From positions 186,001 through 230,846 of the forward strand of contig JABLTG010000010.1 in NCBI GenBank assembly GCA_016618085.1: a DNA stretch of 44,846 nt. The letters run 5' to 3'. Below are positions 1 to 11,500 of this stretch, piece after piece. The first letter of the stretch is position 1. Every line of letters starts with the position of its first letter. The DNA comes from Neovahlkampfia damariscottae (taxonomy: Eukaryota). The position numbers and the translations under genes were made by a program. The notes beneath the pieces are model-generated. The model had not been told where the DNA came from. It searched no databases and was given only the letters and a program-made list of their open reading frames with translations.

Positions 1-93
1 GTTGAATTTTATTATCTTTCTTCTTCACATATTGGACATTATCACTTTTTTAATGGTTATAACTATCAACATGATGACAAAACGTATAATTAA
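1..93 (+). CDS. 3' end of an unidentified gene entering from the left edge (partial)
   Basis: Frame 1 is open from base 1 (VEFYYLSSSHIGHYHFFNGYNYQHDDKTYN*) to TAA at 91-93. It ends 8 nt from the convergent kinase stop, matching the tail-to-tail spacing seen elsewhere in the window. Confidence 0.45.
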   Translation, partial: VEFYYLSSSHIGHYHFFNGYNYQHDDKTYN

Positions 94-101
94 GATCAAA
101 T

Positions 102-2560
102 TTATTTTTGAATTTCATCTTTTTTCAATATTTCATTTTCTTTTGTTAATTTTTCATTCACTATTTTTAAATCTGAAACTTCATTTTCCAAGAATGAAAT
201 TCTTTGTTTCAATATTGATATTTCATTTTTATTATCAATATTATCTTTTGTTAAATTCCAAGGACTTACAGGTGAAGGTGTTGTATGTAAATCTTTGTTC
301 ATTTTATTCATTTTTTGAATAGTTTGTCTGACAGTTCTGAATTTTGATTCATTTCTACCATTCCAATTTGGAGCTTCAGGTGTTAGAAATAAATGAAATG
401 CTTGATCAAATGATGTTGATAAAATCCATTCATGAGAACATTTTGGTACTTTTTTCAATTCTTTTTTTGATAATTTTGTATCTATTACTTTATCATGACA
501 TTCAGTACAAAATGTCACAAAACAATTTTTACAAATGTATCTTTCTTTACTTACTAAGTAAAATGATTTAGAAAATTTGAAATATCAAACAGTAAATTGC
601 ACAGACTCTACAATTTTTAATGTATTTATTACCCCAACGTGCTTTCAAAATTGCTTGATTTTGTGATAAATTTGAGAATTTATAATCGTCCAATAAATCA
701 CATTTATACAATTCAGAGCAAACTGAATAGTTCCAATTAATACCACCATGAATGTACATGTGATTTTTATAAACAACAGAAACATGTCCCATACGTTTTA
801 AAGGGTAATCACCTTTCAATTTAATCTCTTTCCAAACTAATAAATCTAAATCAAGTTCATAAAACATGTCATGTGAAAATTTGATTTTATTTCCACCTCT
901 ATTAATACCTCCAAAAACAATTAATTTATTTTTATACAAGCATGCAGTATGATCCCATCTAGATGTTGGTAAATCACCTTTTGAATCTAATGATTCCCAT
1001 TTCTTCTCTTCAAAATCATAACACCAAAGATAATCATCTTTTTCAATTGCATCATCATCATATTGTCCTCCAAATACAAACATAAAACTTTTATAGACTA
1101 TTGCAGTATGTCCATATCTTGGTGTTGGTCTGTCAATTTGATCTAAAAGTAATAATTTTTCATCAGTAAAGTTATATTGATAAAAATGATCAAAAACTTG
1201 TAAAGTCATTTCTTTATGAAATCCACCAAATATGTACATTGAATCTTCATAAACAACTACACTTGGTGATGCAATACTATGTGAAAAATGTTTTTTAATC
1301 ATTCTCCAAGAGTTCTTTTCAAAATCATATTGATATATATCTGATAAGTATCTATCAGAACAACCACCAACAATATACATTGAATTATTATAATAAACAG
1401 ATTTATGCCACGATCTTCCATGTGGATTTTGTTTATAATTTGAAAATGATTTTGAATTCAAATTCTTCCAATCAATAGCTTCAAAATTGAATTCATAAAT
1501 ATTATTTGTATCAGATTCATAATATCCACCAAAGATAATCATTGATGATTCATGTAAAATACAAGAATGAGAATATACATTTTTAGGAACATAACCAGCA
1601 ATGAATGATAATTTTTTCTTTTCTAAATCTGTTAATAATTGATGAATATCATATGCACTAGGTCTATCCTTTTCTTTAACTGATAATAATAATAATGTTA
1701 ATGTTATCAAATGTGATGAATATTCTTTCTCCATTTCTTTTCTCAGTTCTAAATTTAAATTTTTGTTCTTTACAATATCAACATGAAATAATCTTGTTTT
1801 TTTGGTCATTAAATAATACAATATAGCTCCTAATGAAAATATATCAACTTTTACTCCATATTTTGTATCTGAAAAAATCTCCGGTGCCATAAAATACTAT
1901 TGTGTGAAAATTTTTTTTTTTAATTTTTACAGGTGTTCCGCATATTGTTTTCATGATAGACATTGAAGACATCTTTTTTGATAAACCAAAATCACCAATG
2001 ATTAAACTTAATTCACCATTTTCATCTTCTGAAATTAATAAATTTTCAGGTTTTAAATCACGATGAGCTATGTTTGATTTATGTAATGCTTGTAATCCTT
2101 CTGTTATATTCTTTGCAAATTTTAAAATAACCTTTTTTCTTTCAGTTTTTTTTTTTTAATTTTTACATCTTCTGCAAGTCCACCTTCAATGGATTCCATA
2201 AAGGCCCATAAATCACCTCTAGGATAATAAGGCATTATTATATTAACAGTTAAGTCTTCTGATATTTCATTTTGATTCAAGAATAAATCATAATATTCAG
2301 TCAAATTTGGGTCATGAACATTTTGCAAAACTTGGACTTCTAAATAGATTTTATTTAGATTTTGATTTCTTTTACCTTGTATGGCTTTGTTTGCATCTTC
2401 TAATTTATCAAAGTGTATGATTTTTAACGCAAATTTTATATTTTCATTCGTTTTTTTAGATACAAGATATACAGACCCTTGTCCACCTTTTTAAAAGTTT
2501 AGTTTATGATGTGATCTTTAAACCTTTGCCAATTTTTTTTATGACGTTGTATTTTTCCAT
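102..2560 (-). CDS. Ser/Thr protein kinase (NEK-like) fused to a Kelch beta-propeller, a ZZ-like zinc finger and a C-terminal coiled coil; 6 exons, ~759 aa
   Basis: Introns 2487-2523, 2340-2375, 2132-2166, 1897-1930 and 554-590 (all GT-AG) give one open frame. Kinase motifs: GKGGQGSV, ALK, HRDLKPEN, DFG, GTPYFMAPE. About 6 Kelch repeats (R-x-x-H...FGG...W). Then CRVC-x9-CKNC-x4-CTEC...CSH. Confidence 0.9.
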
Positions 2561-2762
2561 GAAACAAATTATTGGTCAAATCAATTCCACCCTTCAAGCT
2601 TTTTTTGTTTTGCAAAAAGTGAAAAAACATGAAACTTCAATTACTTCAATTTAACATAGTAAATGGAACAAAAAAATGAATAGAAGAAAATATGACTTTA
2701 TAAAGTGTTTTTGGATGAACAAATAAGGATAAATAGGAGAATTTTCTTTTCAAACTTCAAAA

Positions 2763-3362
2763 ATGAAAACAAACTTCGAAATATCACAGAATCATGCTAA
2801 TGAGATTATTGAAACTATTTGTCAAAGATTAAAAATCAAATCAGAAAAGAAAATCAAAGAAATCTATCATCAACTTTATGTTAAAACAGTTTCACCAAGA
2901 TGTAAATTGACTTGGATAGCTGCTTCTATTTATGCAGGTTGCAGAATGGATGATGAATTGATAACTTATCGACAAATATCAAATGAAACAGGAAGCTCAA
3001 GACATTCTGTTTTAAAGAAATTTCTTCAAATTAACAAAAGACTCAATTTGAATTTGAAGAGAATTACTGATGAACAATTGGTTCATAAATTTTGTGATGA
3101 ACTTGGTTTTTCAATTGAAGTAAAAGAATTATCCATTGAAACATGTTCAAGATTCAGAAAATTAGAAACTGGTAAACACCAACAGAGCATTGTCGTTGGT
3201 AGTATACTGTGTTCATGTGATAAGTTAGGGGTCCAATGGAATTTTGTTGAAGTGCTGTCAAAAATAGGTTCAATTTCAAGAGAAGCGATTAAGAGTTCAA
3301 TAGCAATTATAATTTCATCTGGAATATTAGAGAATGATGGAGACAATGAAATAAATTCTTAG
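2763..3362 (+). CDS. TFIIB/TFB core (cyclin-fold repeat)-like protein lacking the N-terminal Zn ribbon, 199 aa
   Basis: AASIYAGCRMDDELITYRQI resembles the TFIIB repeat motif AA-x-LY-x-ACR...RT-x-KEI. A second degenerate repeat follows (FCDELG...GKHQQSIVVGSI). Confidence 0.7.
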   Translation: MKTNFEISQNHANEIIETICQRLKIKSEKKIKEIYHQLYVKTVSPRCKLTWIAASIYAGCRMDDELITYRQISNETGSSRHSVLKKFLQINKRLNLNLKRITDEQLVHKFCDELGFSIEVKELSIETCSRFRKLETGKHQQSIVVGSILCSCDKLGVQWNFVEVLSKIGSISREAIKSSIAIIISSGILENDGDNEINS

Positions 3363-3427
3363 GTTCATTTTTATTGACCAATTGCGTTGTTTTTCCTTAA
3401 TTTAGAAATTTTTCTGTTGATCAAACA

Positions 3428-4183
3428 ATGAGTGAAATAAAACTTGATAATCACTTTGCTTTAACTGCTATTGGAAAAGTTTGCTCAGGAAAATCTACTT
3501 TCTTGAACACTTGTATTGGAACAGATTTTTTTAAAACTGGTATTTCAACTGAAAAACAATCCATCACTGAAAAAACTCACATTAAAGAAAATCACTGGTT
3601 CAATGATACAAAAGAACCTCTTGTAACATGTATTGATACTCCAGGATTATTAGATGAAGAAAAAGTTACAAAATTAGGTGGAAAAAATTATCTTGCTGAA
3701 AACATACACACTTTAATCAGGGAAGCAGCAATAGGTTTAAACTGTTTTGTATTAACTTTCAATATTCAAAACATCCACTTTGATAATCAAACACAAGGAA
3801 TTTTAGATTTACTTGAAAGAATTTTTGGAGAAGGATTTTGGAAACATGTCTTGATTGTATTCACTTTTTGTGATGAAGATAAAAAACAAGAATGGGAAAA
3901 AGTTCAAAAAAAAATCAATGAAGATTTTGTCAAAGAAATTAAATCTAAATTTCATTTTTTAAAGAATGATCTTGAAATTTGTTACTCTGGAAAGGATAAA
4001 GATGGTAAAATTAACTTAAAATCAATTCAAGAAAAAATTTTAAAATTTGATAAATTTGATTGTTCTTTCACAAAAGAAGTTAGAAAATTGGAAATGGAAA
4101 AAAGTGAAAAAGAAGTTGATAAATTCATTGATGAATCAATTGTGAAATCAATTTTTGATATGACATCATGCAAACTTTTATAA
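3428..4183 (+). CDS. AIG1/GIMAP-type P-loop GTPase with C-terminal CaaX (CKLL), 251 aa
   Basis: G1 GKVCSGKST, G2 SITE, G3 IDTPG, the AIG1-like IFGEGFWKHVLIVFT segment with G4-like TFCD; protein ends CKLL*. Confidence 0.85.
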   Translation: MSEIKLDNHFALTAIGKVCSGKSTFLNTCIGTDFFKTGISTEKQSITEKTHIKENHWFNDTKEPLVTCIDTPGLLDEEKVTKLGGKNYLAENIHTLIREAAIGLNCFVLTFNIQNIHFDNQTQGILDLLERIFGEGFWKHVLIVFTFCDEDKKQEWEKVQKKINEDFVKEIKSKFHFLKNDLEICYSGKDKDGKINLKSIQEKILKFDKFDCSFTKEVRKLEMEKSEKEVDKFIDESIVKSIFDMTSCKLL

Positions 4184-4255
4184 AAAAGTTTTTTTTTTTC
4201 TATTTTTTTTCTTTTAACTTCGGAGAAATACTCATTGGTTAATTTATCGGAGGAA

Positions 4256-5512
4256 ATGTTGTCAAAGAGAAGTGAAGAATTTAAAAACTATGAAATGCAT
4301 TACCTTGGTATTTGGTTTCAAAAATGCGCAAACAATATATACAGTGAAAAAAATCCAGAGTAACTGAAAAAAAATGAAAACTCAACTTCAAAAAGTGGTT
4401 TCATAAATTTATCCATTGCTGAAAATATTTTATCAACAAAAAAATTGTTTTCAAAGATTAATATTGAAGGAGATAAAATTCCTCAAGAAATTTCAAAATA
4501 TGGTGATTTTACTGGAGGCACAGAATTCAAACAAATTCTTGCAAATTTTTTGGAAAAAACTTTTTTTGAAAGAAAAATGAAAGAAAATAATATGCTCATA
4601 ACAGATGGATGTGGACCTACAATTGATATGTTATCTTATTTATTATTGGATGTGGATGATGTAGTTTTAATTCCTCAACCATTTTATTCTGCCTTAAATG
4701 TTGATTTTGAAAGATCAAAAGCAAAAGTAATTGGTGTTGATTACGAAAATAGTTTATCATCTTTTAATGAAGCATATCAAAAATATGGAAAAAAAATCAA
4801 ACTTGTTTTTATTGTCAATCCAATCAATCCAACTGGACAAATTTATACAAAAGAAGAATTAGAAGGAATTTTTAAATGGTGTGATGAAAAAGATATTCAT
4901 GTTGTTTCTGATGAAATTTATGCAAATTCTGTTTTTGAAAAAAAAAATTTTACTTCCAGTTCTCATTTCTATGGAAAAATTAGTGAAAAATTTGATTCAA
5001 TGCTACATATTCTTTGGGGTGTTTCTAAAGATTTTGGTATTTCAGGATTCAGAATGGCTTGTTTATACACTGAAAATCAAGAATTAATCAGAAATTCAAT
5101 TCCAATATTTTTATGTTATTGTTCTTCTTCAATGGTTCGTTATGCTCTTAAAAATGTTTTTCAAGATGAAAAATTTGCATTGGAATATGTTGAATCAAAT
5201 AGAAAAAAACTTCATGATCAATATTTAGTTTTAGAAAAATTTCTAATTAAAAACAAAATTGAATTCATTCAATCAAAAGCTGCATTTTTTGTTTGGATAA
5301 ATTTGACAAAATACATCAAAGATCAAGATGAAGAAACATTTTGGGAAGAACTTTTAATGGAAACAAGAGTTAATATCTGCTGTGGAAAATATTTTTATCC
5401 ACAGTTTACAGCAACAAAACCAGGATGGTTTCGTATTTGTTTTCCATGTGTTGAACAAAATGTGTTGGAAATTGCTTTGGATAGATTAGAAAAATTCTTC
5501 AATAAACACTAA
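4256..5512 (+). CDS. PLP-dependent aminotransferase class I/II, ACC synthase-like; 2 exons, ~406 aa
   Basis: Intron 4360-4395 (GT..AAG) restores the ACS-type N-terminal motif YSEKNPDGFINLSIAEN. Also NPINPTG, SDEIY, PLP-lysine motif SKDFGISGFR and GWFRICF. Confidence 0.88.
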
Positions 5513-5530
5513 AAATTTCAAAGAAAACTT

Positions 5531-8500
5531 TTATTGCTCTGTTGGATCAAGACCCAAATCAATCATAATTTCATTCAATTCTTGAGTTTCATCTTTTTCT
5601 TCATTTGGTTTTTCTTCAGGAATTGGATTGCTCTCTTTTCTCTCTCTGAGAGCAAGAAGTGATGCTGTGCTGTTTGTTTTATCATTTGATTCTGTACCGA
5701 CAAGGGATGTTGAACTATCATTTTTTCCAAAATTACCCAGAAGTGCAGAAGAACTATTATTCTTTTCATTCGTTTCAACAAATGAAGAAGTGCTTCCGAA
5801 CATATCTCTTGTTCCAGATTTTCTGATTGATTGTCTTGTGGATCCTCTCGAACTTTTTCTTATTGTGACAGTATTAGAGAATTTTCTTTTAGTTTCTTCC
5901 ATCTCTTGTCTCTTGATTTCATCAACAGGAACTACTGTTTCATCAAATTTCCTGAAGGAACTGATGATTTTAGCTCTGCTACTTGATTTTTGTTTCAATT
6001 TTTTCTTTTCTTCAGATGCAAGTTGAGTTGATAACTTATCAAAATCAATACCACCACTGCCTCCTTGAGAATCAATGAATGCTGATTTTCTTTGAGCAAA
6101 TTGATCTTTTCTTTTTGTCATTTCCAGTTGAATGAGTTCTTTTTCCATTTCTTTAGTCATTTTATTATCTTTTGTATATTTTTTCATTTTCTTTTGAAAT
6201 TCTGGATCATCTTTCTTCAATTGTTTCATAAATTCATCTAACTCCTTTTCTTCTTCAGTTTTCTTTTTAAATTTCTTGACAATTTTAGTTGAAACATTTG
6301 TTCCTTTTCTCTTTACCAAGAAAAGTTTTCTGCTTATTCTTTTCCAAGAAAGAAGTTCTGCAAAAACATCATTCATTGTTGAGAAATTTTCTTCTGGAGT
6401 TTCAGTATCTGTCATGAAATTCATTGGTTTATATTCATAATCAACATCCCAAGGGACAACTTTGACTGTAAATAAATCATCATTTTCATCTTTTTCATGT
6501 AAAGCAACAATCAATTTTCTTGTTTCTTCTTCGTGTTCTTGATTTTTGATAATTTTACGTAATTTATCTTTCAATTTTTTTTTATCATTTTTTCTTCTTG
6601 TGTTTGCATCCCATAAAATCATGCTGACAACAATTACAGTTGAACCAACGATAACAAAGAATGCTAAGTATTCAGCAAGATCTTTTGTTCCATCTGGAAA
6701 TGAATCAACAAAAAATAAGAAACCAAAAAACAGAGTTCCCATTGTGACAATGATAACAAAATAATCCATGACATTATGAAATTTTCTTTTGAAAGGAACA
6801 AAATTGGTGTGTAATAAAAATCCCATGTACAACAAGAAAATACCAGCAACAATAACCAACATTTCATCCAAGAAAATATAGAGAACTGATAAAATTGTCT
6901 TTCTCATAGTAATGACAGCTTCCCAAAAGAATAATTTGTTTCTGAAACGTGATAACATGAATTTGTTTCTTTCTCTGAAATTGGTTTGTAAACTCCATTT
7001 GGAATAGTTAAAGTAAATTAAAATGAAATAAATTGCAGCTCCACCACCAAAAACTAAATACCAAACAACTGTTAGTGGCATCATTGTAAACCAAGTACCA
7101 TCATAATAACAACGAATATCTGGTGAACTATTCAAAGTATATTGACCATCAGGTTGTTTGGTACAAACAAATACTTCAGAAGCAGTAGTCATAATAAAAA
7201 TAAATGAAAAACTTAAGAAAGCAAAGAAGGCATTGATAATCCTATTAAGAATTTTGACTAATTCTCTGCCAGATGATCTTTCAGTTACTGTCCAAATCAT
7301 GAAATTTCCTATAGAACCAAGAATATTCCTAAGAATAGTCAATAGTTTTATAATTATTGTCTTTTTTTTTCTATTTGGTTCATCATCTTCGTCATCGTCA
7401 TTGTCTTTGATTGGTTTGATGTATTTAACTTTAATTTTGATTAAACTGAGTCCATATGAAATACCAGTAGCTAAAATGGATCTAACAATTAACATTGTGT
7501 ATAAAATACCAAAACTTGTTAAAAAATATATTGGCATCATCATTTGCAATACCCATAAAGAAACATAACTCATATTTGGGAAAATACAATTTGGACTAAG
7601 AAAATCAGTATTGAAATTTGTTGCAGAAGATGCTGTTAAAGTTCCTCCGATTAATGATGGCCATTGAATATCGAATCTAGCAAACATAGACAATACTTGC
7701 CAAAATGAAAACGCGATAGCAATGGAAGCAATATGATGAACTTTAGCCGATGAAAGAATAAATAAGAATCCTGTTATCAGTGCCATAGCTCCAGCAATAC
7801 CTAAAAGACGCAACCAAACAATCCATTGTTCTCCACATTCTGAGCATTTTCCTCTGAACTTGTACCATGAATTGAGACATTGTCCACAACGAACCCCTTG
7901 ATATCCAGATGTACAATTTTCTGGATTATGTCCACCACATGAAACAGTTGGTGTGCATGCATAGAAGTTGAAATAATTTGTTTTTGAATTCCAATAACCT
8001 GGTAAAGCTAACGGTTGTGTTGTATTTACACCACAATAAGCTCCTTCAGGACAAGCAACACATTTTTTATTCGCACCAGCATGTTCAGTAAATTCATGAT
8101 TTAAGAAGAATCCCTTTTCACAAAGGCAATCATCAAATGATGATGCTCCTTCAATAATACTTGATGTATTTGCTGGACAACTTAAACATGAAGTAGCTCC
8201 TGAGAAACTGTTGTAAGTTCCTTTTTTACAAGCAATACATGAATATAATCCAGATGATGGTTTGAAGGTTCCAGGAGGACATAAAGTACATGGTGTTTTA
8301 TAATTATCTGCTGTGTAACCTTCAGAACATGTTTGAAATTCAAATTTTGTGCGATTCAAAGAATGCCAATCAATCTTGTTGTAAGATATTTCGAACGTAA
8401 CTTTTTGAGCGGGATGTGAAGGAGCAGTACAAATAAGTTGTTTTTGATTTTTCCATTCACAAGGAGAAGGACAAAGAAGATTACCAAATCTACAATAAAT

Positions 8501-11500
8501 CTCAGGTGCAAATATTGGTATCGTTTCAGTAATATTTAAACCTAAAATTGTATATTGAGTATTTCCATATGATGGTCCAGAAGATGGTTGAATTGCTAAT
8601 AGAGTTGGTTCTTCATAAAATAATATGGTTAAAATGTTTGAATTTTGTTCTCCTTGAGCGTTTTTCAAATTAACTTTAATTTTGTTTCTTCCTGTCATTA
8701 TTGATTGAGGAACTTGACAAAATATTGTTGAATTTGACTCTTTGTAATAAGGTTTTGTTTCAAAAATTTCTGATCCATTAATCGTATTGAATTCATCATA
8801 AAATGAAATTTTATCAGCATATTGAAAGTCTAATCCAAATATTGTCAATTCAAAATCTTTTTTTGTTGTGAATATTGGAGAAATTCCAGTAAAAACTGCT
8901 TGTGGAAATGAGTTAACATAAACATATGAAGTGTATTTATAATCATATCCACCATTGAAACTAACACCTAATTGCATAGTGAATGGGAATAAAACATCAT
9001 AAGGAATATTCAATTCTGACATCAAAGGTGATACAAATTTGATAGTTTTTGTTGGATTCACTGCATCAAATTCTATTTTCGAAAGTGTGCTTAAATCATA
9101 TGAAACAAATTCATTTTTCAAAATAATTTTTAAATCACCAGTTGGATCAAAATTATCACCAGAGATAGCAGATGAAATATTTCTGGTAGCAAAAAAGTTA
9201 TCAAGACCATCTTGCTCTGTTGGAGCAACTTTTGTGACAGTGTATTCCTGAAGAACTTTAGTGTAAGTGTTCACTGGATGATAATTTAATCCTCCATTAA
9301 ATGAAATTTCAACTACAGCAGCAGTAGATCCAATTGATGGAGGGATCACACTTGCTTCAAATGTAGTTAAAGTTCCCTGAACTTCAATGAATTGCTGTAC
9401 AGTTGCGAATATAGTTCGCACAAAAGAGAACTTGAATATTGCTGCTTTGAATGATGCAAATTTTCCAGTAACTTTAATTGCATTTTGACTACCAGATAAC
9501 AAATTTGTTGCAGGTTGAACAGAAATAGTTCCTACTTCAGAAAAGTCGTAAAATTTAACTTCGTTAGTGTCAAGAAAAACAGTAGTTCTTCTGCTGTTAA
9601 TTTTGTTAACAACTTTTATCAATAATTTGTAAGTTCCTGTGATTGATGGTACTGAACTTGTATTGCAAATTGAGAACATATCATTGCAAGAAAGTCCAAC
9701 AGATGATTGGTTTGATATCAAGCTGAATTGTAACGTTTCTACAGTTTCATTGTATGATAATTCTTTTGCTGGAAACCCAGAGAATGAAATCCCATTTGTG
9801 AGAACTCCAATTGATACCAATTCAGGAGATACTATAATTTTTCCTGATTTAATAACCTTGAATTTCATTGAAGTTTGAAAATAATAAAACCCACCATCAA
9901 ATGTTAATTTAAAAGATAAACTTCGAGGAAATACTACATCCACATCATAAAATGGTTCAACATATGTGACTAAATGAGTTGAATTGACATACAATGCTTT
10001 TGATATTTTCTTAATTGATTCGTCATAAATTTCAACATATATTTCAGGTGAATTGAAGAATCCATTTCCAATTACATAAACTTGTGTTGATTTTGAATGA
10101 GATAGATCGGTTGTTGATACAGATGAGATTGATATTTTACTGTCATCATAAATTGTCAAAGAAGCATTTGTTGTTTGATAATTTGTTTCATCCAAACTTA
10201 AGGTAATATCAGATGTACCAATGGTGCTGAATTGAGGAATAACACATTCCAATGAAGTAGAAGAAAGTAAATTGCAGGATGTAATTTGACTAATTCCTCC
10301 TGATACTGATTTCATTTGAATTAAGGATCCAAGGGTTTTGATATCAGTAACAGTCGTCAATAAAACTTTGTTTGATTGTGCATTTACTCTGATAAAGCTG
10401 GAAGGAGCAACATATTTCACTTTAATTTGTGGATAAAAAGTGATGTACGGCACCAATGAGAAGGCTTTTACATTGTTCATTCTTAAATCAAGTTTGATTT
10501 TTTTTGGTTTTGAAAAATCGGAAAATAAATGTTCAATTGAAACCATGTCACATGTAGGTGAATTAATTCTCGAAGAATCTGAAGTACAATTGAGTAAAGT
10601 TAACGAATCAGCTTGTTGTAACCCAAGAGAGAATTGATAATTTTTGTAAATTGAAGTTGGAAATATTTCTGACATGTACATATTGAATTGATAACCTCCA
10701 CTGGCAGGACCATATTTTGGACTGAAATCAAAGAAATTTATGTCAGGATTTGAAGCCATAACTTGAATTTGTGCAGGAACATTTGTGAGTTCCACATCTC
10801 CAATTTCAGATGTAAATACAAGTTTCAATTGAATGTTCTCATTTGGTTTGAATTTTGAAGTTGACAGTGAACATCCAAAATGTTTTGCAACTGCAATATC
10901 ACTTTGATATTCATTAATTCCAATGTTGAAATCAGCATCATTTAAAGAATATACAGTGCTTTGAGTGAAGTTGCATTTGAACTTGAATCTTTTTGAATTT
11001 AAGTTGTTCAAAACATTTGAAATAACACGTGAGCTGCGATATTGATTTTCATAATATGATAATGCATAAGGCTTTAAATGTTGGAGTGTCATGTTTGTAT
11101 AGTATGTTAAATAATCCACTTCAATATCATCTGAACCAACTTGGGATGTTTTGTGATAAACTTTCAAAGTGAAATTTAAATGACTCGGTAATTGAAGAAT
11201 TGTATTTAAATTACTTTGTGAAAGTGAACATGAAGGAAAAATTCCTGAATAGTCACAACTGACATTTGATTTTGTAGCCATATCAATATTTGGAATCATT
11301 GATAATTGATAGTTGAATATATTTTGTGGTATAGCAAAATTCAACCGAGCATTTTGAATCTTGTTCAATGCTTTAACAGAATTCCAAGTGACTGGTTCCC
11401 GGATGAACAAATAACTTTCATGATTTGATGTCAATTTAAAAGATACAGCAGAACTTGCGTTCATCCAAAGTGTGATATTCAAAACTTCTACAATATTTGC

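Noticed and set aside
2..571. Plus-strand ORFs 2..322 and 344..571
   Set aside because: F/L/I-rich antisense shadows of the kinase's last exon.
440..640. FYVE domain call for the kinase's Cys cluster
   Set aside because: Lacks the R[RK]HHCR motif; RYxCxxC spacing fits a ZZ-like finger better.
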